Source: a virus (lineage: Duplodnaviria > Caudoviricetes). Taken from it: a stretch of 64,000 bases of DNA. The notes beneath the pieces are model-generated. The model was given only the letters and a program-made list of their open reading frames with translations. It made no database searches and was not told where the DNA came from. Numbering within the stretch: the first letter of the stretch is position 1; each line of letters opens with the position of its first letter. This document shows, in pieces, positions 45,690-55,772 of this stretch. The DNA is taken from IMG/VR virus record IMGVR_UViG_3300010163_001518, positions 8,671 through 72,670 of that record; one strand, 5' to 3'. Position numbers and translations under genes: made by a program.

Positions 45690-46988
45690 CTATGGCTCAT
45701 CCCTCCCTCTGAAGTACTCCGCCCGCAGGCGGCTCAGCTCTGCCCACATCTCAAGGGGCACATAATTCAGATTGGCCCGCCTCTGGTTCCCGCCCGGGAC
45801 GCCAGGCATGTCCTCCAGCGCCAAAATGTCGTTGGGGCTGAACGCGCTCAGCTCCGCCATGACCCGGTACCAGGCTCCCCGGCTGGCCGTGTCGCCCTTC
45901 AGCTCTGCCAGCAGGTTAATCCGGATCTCCAGCCCCTTCTTCAGCTCCGAGTCCGTCAGCAGCTTCCACGTCTGCTCCTCCTCATACTGGGTCACCGTGG
46001 GGTGCAGCGTGCCCACAACATACTCAATGGCGTTCTGCTCGTTGGAGCCATAGGCCTGCTTCCCCTCCTGCAGCTTGTACAAAGGCACGCCGAACAGCCG
46101 GGCGATATCCCGGACAGATACCTCCTTGTTCTCCACAAACTGGGCCTCCTGGTTGTTGGCTGCAATGGGCTTATAGTCCAGCCCCAGATCCAGTATGGCG
46201 ATCCTGTGGCTGTTGCTGGGCCCCGCGTGGACCTTCTCCCAGTCGGCACGCAGCCGGTCCTTCAGGGTCACCGGGCTTCCGTCCTTCCGGACGACCGGAT
46301 CCCCGTCTTGATCCCTCAGCAGTCCGGACAGGTCAGATTCTGTGCGCAGTACGCCTGCCGGCTGGCCGCCGCTCTGATAGAACGCCAGCTCATACTCCTG
46401 GGCGGCCCGCGCCGACGCGATGACCTCGCCGCCCCGCTGCAGCACTGAAATGCCCAGCAATCCGTCGCGTGTGGCCCCCTTGTAATGGCACATGTCCTGG
46501 TTGGGCAGCACCATGGGCTCGCCGGTCACGGGGTGGCTCACTGTGTACCAGACCCGTCCCGCGAGATCCCGCCAGGGGGTCACCAGCCGCCAGGGCACCG
46601 GAATCAGCTCAGTGACCCTGCCGGAGGCGGGGTCGCGGATGATCCAGTCATACCCGTTTCCGCCCTCCAGCCGGCTGGTCTCCAGCACCTTCTTCCGGAC
46701 CGATGGGGTCATGGCCTCGTTTGGCCTGACGTTGAGGACCTGAAGCAGCGGGTGGTCCGCCAGCCGTTCACGGGTGCGCCCGTCCATGATAAAATTCGGC
46801 AGCTTGCTCATGCTGTCGCTCAGGATCTCCATACACCGGTCTACCGCGCTCAGTTTCCGGGCCGTCTCCGCCGACGTGCCCGCTCCTGCCGCCGGGTACC
46901 CGGCGCTTGTCAGCGTCGCAACGGATACGCTTTTCACATGGGGGGACGGCCGTCCCACCGCCGCCCGCAATCCCTTGCCCAGGCTCAT
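45690..46988 (-). CDS. Portal protein (HK97 family)
   Basis: VRPNEAMT, GGNGY, IARLFGVP, SNEQNAIEYV. Confidence 0.93.
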   Translation of the reverse strand: MSLGKGLRAAVGRPSPHVKSVSVATLTSAGYPAAGAGTSAETARKLSAVDRCMEILSDSMSKLPNFIMDGRTRERLADHPLLQVLNVRPNEAMTPSVRKKVLETSRLEGGNGYDWIIRDPASGRVTELIPVPWRLVTPWRDLAGRVWYTVSHPVTGEPMVLPNQDMCHYKGATRDGLLGISVLQRGGEVIASARAAQEYELAFYQSGGQPAGVLRTESDLSGLLRDQDGDPVVRKDGSPVTLKDRLRADWEKVHAGPSNSHRIAILDLGLDYKPIAANNQEAQFVENKEVSVRDIARLFGVPLYKLQEGKQAYGSNEQNAIEYVVGTLHPTVTQYEEEQTWKLLTDSELKKGLEIRINLLAELKGDTASRGAWYRVMAELSAFSPNDILALEDMPGVPGGNQRRANLNYVPLEMWAELSRLRAEYFRGRDEP

Positions 46989-47164
46989 TTGTCGTCACCG
47001 CCGCCCAGGCTGCTCAGCACCGCCCCGGCCACGGCCAGTACCCCGCCGGCGATCAGTCCGGCCGGGATGTACACCATCCCGGCGCCCACTGCAATGGCAG
47101 CCGCGCCCGCCAGCAGCACCAGGTCGGTGGCGTACTTGGCCAGCGCCTGTCTCAAACGTTTCAT
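46985..47164 (-). CDS. Small membrane protein between terminase and portal
   Basis: 59 aa with two hydrophobic segments; TGA overlaps portal ATG. Confidence 0.7.
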   Translation of the reverse strand: MKRLRQALAKYATDLVLLAGAAAIAVGAGMVYIPAGLIAGGVLAVAGAVLSSLGGGDDK

Positions 47165-47202
47165 ACCATACTCCTTTCTGTGCCCGCCCCGACCGTCGGC
47201 CC

Positions 47203-48999
47203 CTACAGGCTGAATTCCCTGCGCTCCAGCGCAGCGGCCAGATCCGGCTTCTGGGCCCGTTTCACCATGGCCGTGGCCATCGCGATGATCCAGGCAACTG
47301 CGATATCAATCCGCCCAGTGCTCCGGTTTTTCATCGGCTTCATGTTCTCGTTGCCGTCTATGGCACACCGCACGTTGCCAAAACACCACCGGGCTGCCGT
47401 ATTGTGCTCATGCAGCATTTCATGGCTTCGGATCAGCCGCTCCAGCTCTTTCATGGCCGGGGACATAGACGGCATGGTCTGCGGGATCTCCGCCACCGCC
47501 ACGCCCAGGGCCATCAGCCGCTGGGTCAGCGTCCGGCTGATGTAGGGGTCCACTCCCAGCAGTTCCATCTGATAGGTGCGGTGGGCCTGATACACGGCCT
47601 CCACCACCTGGGTAAAATCGATCATGTCGCCTTCGCACAGCTCCAAAAAGCCCGCCCGGGACCAGTCTTGATATGGAACATGGTCTCGCTCCGCCGCCTT
47701 CAGCGCCGTGTCCTTGGGGCGCCAGGCCTGGAACAGTGTTACCCATGTATCCAGGCCCGGCTGCGGCGGGAACAGCAGCACAAAGGCGGTCAGATCCGTG
47801 GTGGTGGACAGGTCCAGCCCGCCGTAGCACACCTTTCCGCGCAAAAGCGTCCGGGTCGCCGCTCTTCGGGCCGGCCCCCGCAGCGGCTCAAGCACCGGCG
47901 GGTTCCACTGCGTCTTGTCGTACAGCGTCAGGGGGATCCACCCCACCGCTTTGACGGCGATCCACTGGTTCAGCCGCAGCCAGCGGAACAATCGCTCTGC
48001 CGCCTCGCTCTTCCTGGCGACCTGGGCCTCCAGCCGCAGCGTCCGCAGCGTCAGGTGCCTGCCCAGGGACGGGTTCAGCTGATACCACAGCGCCTCGTCC
48101 CAGATATCCACCGCCGCCAGGTCGTCCGGATCGTCGCCGAACTGGGCGGTCAGGCCGTACAGAATCGGCAGCCAGGTGGAAATATCCCGGTTCAGCAGCT
48201 CCTGCTGCGCCTGTTCCAGCTCGTCGTCCGCCTTCTTCCGCAGGGACAGCACCTGTCTGGGGTCGCCCCCCTCCGCCAGGATGCGCCGCAGCTGCCGGGC
48301 GTCCCGGATCTCCACCGCCTGCTTGTGGATCTCCCAGCCAATGCTCTTTCGGTCCGGGTCGTCGCCCGCTGTGGTCAGCACGATCCATACCGGCTGGTCG
48401 TGCGCCGATCCGGCCGCGCCTGTCATAACGTCCCACATCTCCCGGTTGGGCTGCGCGTGCAGCTCGTCAAAGATCACGCAGGATGGCTTATAGCCGTGTT
48501 TGGAAAAGGACTCCGAGGACATCACCGCCATCACGCCCACGGTCAGCCACCGCACCGTTCCGTTCTCCGCCCGGATCTGCTGGCGGTACTCAATCCGTTT
48601 TTGGGACCGGATGATCTTCAATTCCCCCCGGGCCACCATCTTTGCCGTCCATGGGGCCGATTCCAGCATGAATACAGCGGCCCGGAATACGATGCCGGCG
48701 TTCTCCTTGTCCGCCGCGCACACATAGACCTCAGCGTTCAATTCTCCGTCCCCAAACAGGTGGTACAGGGCCAGCGCGGCGGCCAGCTCGCTCTTCCCGT
48801 TCTTTTTGGGGATCTCCAGATAGAGATACTGATACTGTCTCAGCAGCCGTCCTGTCTCGTCATCCAGCTCCATGGTGGAGTAGAATTCCATCAGGGCGTC
48901 CCGCTGCCAGTCATACAGGCAGAAGGGTCTTCCTGTACCGGTGGTAGGCAGCCGCTCAACAAAGCTGCATACAAACCGCCCATCTTCCTGACAGTACAC
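47203..48999 (-). CDS. Terminase large subunit
   Basis: IPKKNGKS, VIFDELH, GGLDLS, RIDIAVA. Confidence 0.95.
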   Translation of the reverse strand: MYCQEDGRFVCSFVERLPTTGTGRPFCLYDWQRDALMEFYSTMELDDETGRLLRQYQYLYLEIPKKNGKSELAAALALYHLFGDGELNAEVYVCAADKENAGIVFRAAVFMLESAPWTAKMVARGELKIIRSQKRIEYRQQIRAENGTVRWLTVGVMAVMSSESFSKHGYKPSCVIFDELHAQPNREMWDVMTGAAGSAHDQPVWIVLTTAGDDPDRKSIGWEIHKQAVEIRDARQLRRILAEGGDPRQVLSLRKKADDELEQAQQELLNRDISTWLPILYGLTAQFGDDPDDLAAVDIWDEALWYQLNPSLGRHLTLRTLRLEAQVARKSEAAERLFRWLRLNQWIAVKAVGWIPLTLYDKTQWNPPVLEPLRGPARRAATRTLLRGKVCYGGLDLSTTTDLTAFVLLFPPQPGLDTWVTLFQAWRPKDTALKAAERDHVPYQDWSRAGFLELCEGDMIDFTQVVEAVYQAHRTYQMELLGVDPYISRTLTQRLMALGVAVAEIPQTMPSMSPAMKELERLIRSHEMLHEHNTAARWCFGNVRCAIDGNENMKPMKNRSTGRIDIAVAWIIAMATAMVKRAQKPDLAAALERREFSL

Positions 49000-49002
49000 C
49001 GC

Positions 49003-49518
49003 TTATCCCCCCATCGCTCTGGCCTGTCTCGCCCGGAGCGCTCTGGTAAATTCGTCGGTCTCGTCTGTCTCCGCCGCGGCTTCGACCACCGCCGGCGGGA
49101 TCACCAGCCGGCACCGCGACGATACCGACAGTCCCATCACCTCAGCGCACTGTCTGCACTGCCGGAAATAAGCCGCCTGAATCCCCGTCCACTCCTTCGC
49201 CAGTTTCTCATCCTTGTCCCGAATGGCCGCCGACGCCAGCTTGTCTGCGCGCATCCAGCGCTCCCGGGAGACCAGGAACTGGGCCAGCACGTCCCGGTCC
49301 AGCTCGGCATACAATCCCGACAGCCGCAGGATCTCGCCGATCTCCCGAAATTCCACCCAAAACTTCTTGGCCAGCCATTTGGGCGGCTCTGCCTGGTCGG
49401 GGGGAGAGATATGGACCTCCCGGTCGCGCCGCTCGTCTTCCTCCGCCCGGGTCAGGTGCTTCCGGCCTTTCGCCGCCACCAGCTCTGTGGGCTGCCGCGC
49501 CCCCGCCATTTTCCTCAC
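49003..49518 (-). CDS. Terminase small subunit (P27-like)
   Basis: PPKWL; MGLSVSSRCRL. Confidence 0.85.
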   Translation of the reverse strand: MRKMAGARQPTELVAAKGRKHLTRAEEDERRDREVHISPPDQAEPPKWLAKKFWVEFREIGEILRLSGLYAELDRDVLAQFLVSRERWMRADKLASAAIRDKDEKLAKEWTGIQAAYFRQCRQCAEVMGLSVSSRCRLVIPPAVVEAAAETDETDEFTRALRARQARAMGG

Positions 49519-49519
49519 C

Positions 49520-49620
49520 TCCGCCCCACGTTCCCCGTGGGGAAATTTTTTCTCGCCTATGAGGCCTTGCGGTCTTGCCTCACTCTGATCAAACTCTCAC
49601 ACCCCGGGGGGCGGTCAGTA
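49520..49620. other. Probable cos packaging region
   Basis: Between HNH and small terminase; C/G run and AAAAAATTTCCCC tract typical of HK97-type cos regions. Confidence 0.4.
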
Positions 49621-49708
49621 CGCCGTAGGCGTCCTGCATGTGCGCCCAGGCATGATGCCAGCCCGCACCTGCGCCCAAGCGTTCGGCAGGAATCCCACGC
49701 TGTCTCAA

Positions 49709-50080
49709 TCACAAACGACCCGTTTTTCGTCGTCTTTGCGCCAGCGACTGCACCGTCTTGCGGTTGTGGCACGACTCGCATAAGCTCTGCAGGTTTTCTC
49801 GATCCGTAAAACGGGACCAGTCCCCCTCGTGATCCACGATATGGTCAACCACCGTAGCCCTGGTACGCACGCCACGTTCGGCGCACGCCCTGCAAAACGG
49901 TTCCTTGAGCAGCTGCGTCGGGCGCAAATCCTTGAGCCACACCGGCGTCAAATACATCCAGTGCCATTCTGCTGATTGTTTCTTTTGCGGCCGCAGCGGC
50001 CTGTGCTCCGGGCAGTATCCCTCTTTGGTCAAACGGCCGCACCCCGGATGTCTACATGGTCTTAGCGGCTTATCTGCCAC
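49709..50080 (-). CDS. HNH endonuclease (packaging-associated)
   Basis: PFCRAC, VVDHIVDH, NLQSLCESCHNRKT. Confidence 0.92.
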   Translation of the reverse strand: MADKPLRPCRHPGCGRLTKEGYCPEHRPLRPQKKQSAEWHWMYLTPVWLKDLRPTQLLKEPFCRACAERGVRTRATVVDHIVDHEGDWSRFTDRENLQSLCESCHNRKTVQSLAQRRRKTGRL

Positions 50081-50150
50081 AGGCTATCACCTCCGGGCAA
50101 AATAAAAACAACGCCTGAGCCATGATACCCCCTCTCGGGGATTCATCGGC

Positions 50151-50354
50151 TCAGGCGCTGGTCTCTTTGGACGCTGGCTCAGGCGCATCGATATTCACGA
50201 TCGTTTCTTGCCCGCACCGTTTGCACTTTCTGGGCAAGTTTCGCGCACTGGATGTCGGCAAAACTTTCAGCAGTTTGCCTTTCCCGCACACAGGACAGAT
50301 TACCCATCCGCCCTCTACAGTTAGTATTTTACCACGTTCTGTCGAGCAGTTCAA
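50151..50354 (-). CDS. Small Cys-rich zinc-ribbon protein
   Basis: CPVC...CKRC. Confidence 0.65.
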   Translation of the reverse strand: MNCSTERGKILTVEGGWVICPVCGKGKLLKVLPTSSARNLPRKCKRCGQETIVNIDAPEPASKETSA

Positions 50355-50447
50355 TACTTTCTCCTCCGATTCTCTAAAACGTGTCTAATTTTCCACTAAG
50401 TTTCAAGATTGACGCGCGCGCGTGCGCGCGCCCAGGCGCGCGACATA

Positions 50448-51212
50448 TTAAAAAAGAAAACTGTCAGGCTTCTTTTTGATATAGCTTCCATAATTATACG
50501 CACCGAAATCATTCACACAGCAGCCCTTCCTGGACCACATCACACCATCCGGGATCTCAACACGTCCGCTTCCCTCTCGCCACCGCTCCAGCGGAGGCAT
50601 CTGCCCGGTTAAGCTTCTGGAACAGCTCCATGGGTGCCGGCCGATAGGGATCACATACCCATCCGTACGTTCTTTGTTGAAATACTCCGCCAAACGCCGG
50701 TATCCACCTGCAGACAGCAGTACCGGCTCATCCCACGCTGCTCCACCAGTCCAAAGGCACCGCACAGCTGCTGGCGGAACCTGGCTGTCACGGAACACAG
50801 AGTGAATGTGGTATCGGTGATCTCCGTGTAACCCTTCGATACAATAAATCCAGTCAAACGGCTCCGCCCTATTCCACCGGCGTACCCGGGCCATGAATGC
50901 CCGGAGCGCACCCCGGACCCCGGCAAAATCCCGGGGCAAATGCTCCTCGTCAAACGTCAGCGTATGATGCGAGCCCTCGTAGCCAAACAGAGCAAGACGC
51001 AGCTCTAGCCGGTCTGCCTGCGTCCGGCACACGGCCGAATGAGGTGACTTGATAATCTCGTTCTTCCGTCTGCGGTCTTCATCTGAATCGTCCTTCAACA
51101 GGCGCGGACGCAGGGACCGGCACTCTTTGACCAGCGGCCCGGCACGTTGGCGCACACAATACCATTGCGCTTCCGTCATAGAGACCCCCAATGCCCTTTC
51201 AGGAGGGCACAA
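50448..51212 (-). CDS. HUH endonuclease (rolling-circle Rep-like)
   Basis: HTLTF (motif I), RYHIH (motif II), LAEYFNK (motif III). Confidence 0.7.
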   Translation of the reverse strand: MCPPERALGVSMTEAQWYCVRQRAGPLVKECRSLRPRLLKDDSDEDRRRKNEIIKSPHSAVCRTQADRLELRLALFGYEGSHHTLTFDEEHLPRDFAGVRGALRAFMARVRRWNRAEPFDWIYCIEGLHGDHRYHIHSVFRDSQVPPAAVRCLWTGGAAWDEPVLLSAGGYRRLAEYFNKERTDGYVIPIGRHPWSCSRSLTGQMPPLERWREGSGRVEIPDGVMWSRKGCCVNDFGAYNYGSYIKKKPDSFLF

Positions 51213-51411
51213 GCTGTACGCGGAGCACTGCGCCAGCCTCGATTTCAGGGATCGCCGCCTGGATAAGTTCCCTTACCTGCGGCTGTGTCTCCACAAGAAA
51301 TCCCATCAGATTATGCGGCATTTCACCGCTGCATACGCTGGCATAGATCACCGCCTCATTTCTCTGGATCCCGCTCGCCATCAACAGCTTAATCATACGC
51401 TTACGCTTCAT
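51199..51411 (-). CDS. Hypothetical protein
   Basis: MKRKRMIKLLMA, ATGA overlap with upstream ORF. Confidence 0.55.
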   Translation of the reverse strand: MKRKRMIKLLMASGIQRNEAVIYASVCSGEMPHNLMGFLVETQPQVRELIQAAIPEIEAGAVLRVQLVPS

Positions 51412-51430
51412 CGACCTCTCCCCCCTTCCT

Positions 51431-51447
51431 GTGTCCGAATCGGACAC
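51431..51447. promoter_or_regulatory. Palindrome copy 3
   Basis: GTGTCCGAATCGGACAC. Confidence 0.7.
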
Positions 51448-51570
51448 ATCTTTATTCCCGGATGTTCCAGCTGCATCAGCCGATACAGCGCCCGGTATAC
51501 TTTTGGGGGAAGAACAGAAAGATCCACCCCCTCTATCCCCCATGTTCCATTTGCGCCGACCTGTGTATAC

Positions 51571-51741
51571 TTATTGCTTTCCATATGTTCCTCCCCTCAG
51601 GAATTCCATTTGCTCCGGGACGATCTCCTTCACCTCGGTTACCATGGCGTCCCCGAACCGTTCCAGATACATCGCCAGGTCCTCCTTGATCCCGATGGCA
51701 TGTCCCACCGGCGCATCCACCTGCACCGTGACCCTCAGCAT
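51571..51741 (-). CDS. Small conserved phage protein (homolog at 16672-16860)
   Basis: VQVDAPVGHAIGIKEDLAM. Confidence 0.7.
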   Translation of the reverse strand: MLRVTVQVDAPVGHAIGIKEDLAMYLERFGDAMVTEVKEIVPEQMEFLRGGTYGKQ

Positions 51742-52019
51742 GTCCCCTCCATGATCTGCCGGTACCGCTGTTCCAGCTTCCCGTCTGCATAGTCTGCATC
51801 CGCCTCGTCCAGCAACGCGCCGTATTCCTCAATGGCCTGCTCCATCGCGTCCCGGAACTCAGTAATCCGCTTCGGGCCAAAGCCGAATGTCTCATTCAGA
51901 GCGACTGCGGACGCCTGATATACCGTGGTAAGACACCGGTGTACGATCTCCGCCCGCTCCGCCTGGCTCAGCCTGGCCTTCTGCGCCATCAGCCGGCTCG
52001 CATATGTATTCCTGCTCAT
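51735..52019 (-). CDS. Hypothetical protein
   Basis: 94 aa; ALNETFGFGPKRI. Confidence 0.65.
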   Translation of the reverse strand: MSRNTYASRLMAQKARLSQAERAEIVHRCLTTVYQASAVALNETFGFGPKRITEFRDAMEQAIEEYGALLDEADADYADGKLEQRYRQIMEGTC

Positions 52020-52071
52020 TGGGCTGCTCCTCCATCATGGAGCGCTAAGAAGTCCTCTATCGTGTACTTCT

Positions 52072-53376
52072 TCATTCCTTTTCTTCCCCTTCCCCGGGTG
52101 AGTCCGTCCGGCAAAACAGATAGTCCAGTGAGCACCCTAACAAATCTGCGATCCGTACCAGACGCAGGGCTGTACCCAGCATGAAGCCGTATCCATAGGG
52201 CAGCGGGGTATCTGTTGTAAACTTCGCCTCCAGGTGTTCCATATTGGCGACTTTCTCGTCATCGGTACAGGCCCAGTAGATATCCATGGCCTCATAGCAT
52301 TCCTTAACAGTCTTGTCCGCCGCATTCCGCGCTTCTCCAAACCGCTGCCAAAACTTCTGAATCTGATTGATAACCGGGCGCTCTTTCTCTTCCTGGGCCA
52401 GTCTTTCCTGCTGGCGCTGGGCTTTGGCATCAAGGCGGAGCTGTTTTACCTTCTCAGCCAGCATAGGGCAGGCGTGCTTACACTTGGCCAGTTCTTCACA
52501 TTTGTCGCAGCATTTATCGCAGTAATCCGCACGATAATTGAGATTCCGATATGCAGCTTGCTCGCGTTTGGCAGCGATATTAGCGCATGGGAGCCCTTTT
52601 TGATCCCCTATCTTACAAACCAATCGGTCAATAGCTGCAAACGATTTCCCCAGGCGACAGGCTTCACCTTCATAAAACCAGTTGGTCCGCGCGCCTGCGG
52701 ACTTGCGCGCCTGAAAAATGCTCCTTTGGTGTTCTGCCGGCATCTTGGCCAGCGTATAGGCGGTGGACTCAGCCAACTCGCCTTTTTCATAGCTCTTTTT
52801 CCAGATATTATCCAGGTTGTCCCGAATCACTTTCAGGCGAGCCAGCTTGGTCTTGCTCACCTTGCAGGCCTCTGCCACGTGGTCCCGCATCCGTCCCGGG
52901 AAATCATACCCTTCCTCTTTCAGTTCATAGAGCAGAGCCTCCACCCGTTCTACCTGCTTGGAAGTCTCCGCTGAAGTCATTCGACGGGTATCACTGTTGG
53001 CGTAAATCAGGCGCAGCTCCTGCAAAGCGGCGGAGCTTTCTCCCCGTTCCCAAATACAGGGGACTTCCCTTAGGTCCGTTCTTCCGCACTCCACCAGCTT
53101 TCGGATTGCCGCACACCGCCGGTGCCCCGATACGATGATGGCACGGCAAGAATCTTCTGGATCGGCCCTAATACAAATGGGCTGTTGCAGGCCAATCAGT
53201 TCAATGTTTTCCGCCAGTGCATCGATACCGCTGAGCTCATAAAAGTTATTTGGGTCGTCAACAAGGCGGTCAATATCAATATACTCGATCTGCCGCCGGC
53301 CATGGAGGCCGCCGGTGTCCAATTTGGACACTTTCCCCTCTGCAATCAGTTCTCCCAAATTAAATTTACCGGCCAT
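52072..53376 (-). CDS. parB: ParB-like protein
   Basis: DPNNFY, IGLQQPI, IVSGHRR (CTP-binding box), HTH region. Confidence 0.85.
   Translation of the reverse strand: MAGKFNLGELIAEGKVSKLDTGGLHGRRQIEYIDIDRLVDDPNNFYELSGIDALAENIELIGLQQPICIRADPEDSCRAIIVSGHRRCAAIRKLVECGRTDLREVPCIWERGESSAALQELRLIYANSDTRRMTSAETSKQVERVEALLYELKEEGYDFPGRMRDHVAEACKVSKTKLARLKVIRDNLDNIWKKSYEKGELAESTAYTLAKMPAEHQRSIFQARKSAGARTNWFYEGEACRLGKSFAAIDRLVCKIGDQKGLPCANIAAKREQAAYRNLNYRADYCDKCCDKCEELAKCKHACPMLAEKVKQLRLDAKAQRQQERLAQEEKERPVINQIQKFWQRFGEARNAADKTVKECYEAMDIYWACTDDEKVANMEHLEAKFTTDTPLPYGYGFMLGTALRLVRIADLLGCSLDYLFCRTDSPGEGEEKE
53315..53331. promoter_or_regulatory. Palindrome copy 4 (variant), inside parB 5' end
   Basis: GTGTCCAATTTGGACAC. 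Confidence 0.6.
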
Positions 53377-54148
53377 CCAGCATCTCCTCCTTTTCCATCA
53401 GTTCCCGAACCCATGCCCGGAAATCCCTGGCAGCGGAACTGAACGGGCTCCACGACTGGACCGGCTCCTTTGCCCAGGTGGACTCGATCACCTTGTCTGT
53501 GCGGCGGATCATAGTCTGATAGACCGGAACAAGGGGATCATCCCGCATGTAATTGGCGGCGTCGATCACCACATCGGCATTGTGCCACTGGTTGATCAGC
53601 ACGCCGCCGACCTGGACAGCCGGGTTAAATTCCTTCACGCTGTCAATCTGGCGCATCAGGTTTGCCATGCCCTCTGCCGAAAACGCATCAGCCAAGACGG
53701 GGATCACAATGCTGTCTGCGGCGTTGATGGCGGCGATGCAGGCCGTGGAGAAGTTCGGCGGGCAGTCTATGATCATCACGTCATAGGCGTCATCCATCTC
53801 CAGGGCCGACCGAAGGTCTTTCAGACTCCGGAAAGACCGGTGGCCGTCCGAGGTAATCAGGGCAAGATCTATCGCCCAAAGGCTGTCGCTGGCGGGAAGG
53901 ACGTCCAGGCCTGTGACCGTCGTGTGCTCGATTACTTCCGCATAGCAGCATGCTGTGCCGGACAGCAGTGCCCCCAGGCCGTCGTACTCTCTCCGGGGGA
54001 GCAGCAGCTGTGTGGCGTTCGCCTGGGCGTCGGCATCCACAAGCAGTACCCGCTTCCCGTGTTCTACCGCCAGGTTGTACGCCAGATTGATGGCCGTGGT
54101 GGTCTTGCCAACACCGCCCTTCATGTTGAAAATCGGGAATGTCCTCAT
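53366..54148 (-). CDS. parA: ParA/Soj family ATPase
   Basis: KGGVGKTT deviant Walker A, VDADAQAN, IIDCPP. Confidence 0.92.
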   Translation of the reverse strand: MRTFPIFNMKGGVGKTTTAINLAYNLAVEHGKRVLLVDADAQANATQLLLPRREYDGLGALLSGTACCYAEVIEHTTVTGLDVLPASDSLWAIDLALITSDGHRSFRSLKDLRSALEMDDAYDVMIIDCPPNFSTACIAAINAADSIVIPVLADAFSAEGMANLMRQIDSVKEFNPAVQVGGVLINQWHNADVVIDAANYMRDDPLVPVYQTMIRRTDKVIESTWAKEPVQSWSPFSSAARDFRAWVRELMEKEEMLDGR

Positions 54149-54165
54149 TGTCAAATCCTCCTGCT

Positions 54166-54387
54166 TCAAAATTTGAACCCCTCGTGCAGCACATAGCCAT
54201 TAAGCTCGTATCGCACGTTATACCACCGGTGCCTCCGGTTGATGTAATCAATTCGCCCTGTAACGGTGCGGGGGGGCTCACTCCTGCCCCGCGCCTGTTC
54301 CGGTTTTTTCTTACTGCTCCCGGCTTGCTCCCCCGTGAACGCCGCGGGGGCAAAGCGGACGAGCTGCCCATAACAGATACCAGCCAT
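54166..54387 (-). CDS. Hypothetical protein
   Basis: 73 aa; GRIDYINRRHRWY. Confidence 0.55.
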   Translation of the reverse strand: MAGICYGQLVRFAPAAFTGEQAGSSKKKPEQARGRSEPPRTVTGRIDYINRRHRWYNVRYELNGYVLHEGFKF

Positions 54388-54401
54388 TGTCTCACCCCCT
54401 T

Positions 54402-55772
54402 CTAAAACGGCAGCTCAGAGTCGGCCCGGCCCGGCCGGCCGGCTGCAGCTGCGGCATGGTTTGCCGCCTTGATCTTCTTCCCCTGATCCACCAGGCGGCG
54501 CTGGATGTCTCCGCCGCCCGGGGCCGGGGCGTCTACTGCGGACTCGTAAAAGCGCTGATGCGTCCCGTCAAATACGGCATAGATCATCCCCCGGGTGCCC
54601 TCTTTGTTTTTGGCCACCTTCAGGATCCGCCGGCTGTCTTGATCATCGGGGGCCTCCAGATAAAGCAGCAGGATGGCGTCCGCGTCCTGCTCGATCTGCC
54701 CGGACTCCCGCAGGTTCGACATCGAGGGGGAGACTTCGTCGCCTCCCTTGGTCCGCTCCGCACGGGACAGCTGAGACAGCGCGACCACCGTGATTCCGTT
54801 CCCCTGCGCCAGCTGGTGCAGGGAGATGCTGATCCGGGCCACCTCTTCCTGACGGTTGAAGTTCCTGGTCTGTGGCTCGATCAGCTGTAAGTAATCCACA
54901 AAAATAACCTGGTATCGGTGGGCGACAGCGTCTGCCTGGATGTCGGCCACCGTCCATTTTGCCGCCTCGATCAAGTGCAGCGGAGGCTGACTGGCCGCCT
55001 CGCTGCGCTGGGCCGCCCGTTTCCACTGCTCCTCCGAGATCTCGCCGCGCTTGATGTTCCCCATCGGGATCTCAAACAGATCTGCAAACAGCCGGTCCGC
55101 AAGCTTGTTCCGGTTGGTCTCCAGGCTGTAAAAGCCCACGCGGTAGGTCTGCGCCAAATGCCAAGCAAAATTGATGGCCAGCGCCGTCTTGCCGGCGGAA
55201 CTGTACCCGCCCAGCACCAGCATGTCCCCCAGCTCGATGTACAGCATCTTGTCCAGCTTTGGCATGCCCCAGCTCAGATAGGTGTGCGGGCTGCTGTGGC
55301 GCTCGAAAAAGCTCATGACTGCCCCCTGCATGTCAGTGCGCCGGATATCCGGGCGATTCACCTGAAGAGCGTTCAGCTCGGACAGGATAGCGCCTGCAGC
55401 GTCAGGCTCTGTAATGCCGCTCAGCTGTACACCCAGCGCCCTGATTTGACACAGCCTGGCCTGTTCGCGCATCAGCCCCACATAGGCGTCCACGTTGTTG
55501 GCCGTGGGCGTGACCGCCATGGCGTCCATGATCCACTTTCCCCACTCATCTGCGCTGCCGTCCGCCGCCACCCGATCCCGTACGGTCACCGGATCCACTG
55601 GGCCCCCGGCGGAAAACTGGGCCCTGATGGCCGAAAACACCATCCTGCACCTGGGATCTGTGAAGTCTGTAGCCTTGACACGTCCCAGGACCCGGCCGAT
55701 CACAGCCTCGTCGATCAGCATACTGCCCAGCACGGCCACCTGCGGCGTCAGCATATCCGAAAGGTCTACCAT
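54402..55772 (-). CDS. dnaB: Replicative DNA helicase (DnaB-like)
   Basis: GYSSAGKT, IFVDYLQLI, LSQLSR, LRESGQIEQDAD. Confidence 0.93.
   Translation of the reverse strand: MVDLSDMLTPQVAVLGSMLIDEAVIGRVLGRVKATDFTDPRCRMVFSAIRAQFSAGGPVDPVTVRDRVAADGSADEWGKWIMDAMAVTPTANNVDAYVGLMREQARLCQIRALGVQLSGITEPDAAGAILSELNALQVNRPDIRRTDMQGAVMSFFERHSSPHTYLSWGMPKLDKMLYIELGDMLVLGGYSSAGKTALAINFAWHLAQTYRVGFYSLETNRNKLADRLFADLFEIPMGNIKRGEISEEQWKRAAQRSEAASQPPLHLIEAAKWTVADIQADAVAHRYQVIFVDYLQLIEPQTRNFNRQEEVARISISLHQLAQGNGITVVALSQLSRAERTKGGDEVSPSMSNLRESGQIEQDADAILLLYLEAPDDQDSRRILKVAKNKEGTRGMIYAVFDGTHQRFYESAVDAPAPGGGDIQRRLVDQGKKIKAANHAAAAAGRPGRADSELPF

Noticed and set aside
46774-49809. 1011-aa plus-strand ORF
   Set aside because: Antisense shadow of the terminase genes; low-complexity Arg/Pro/Gly composition.
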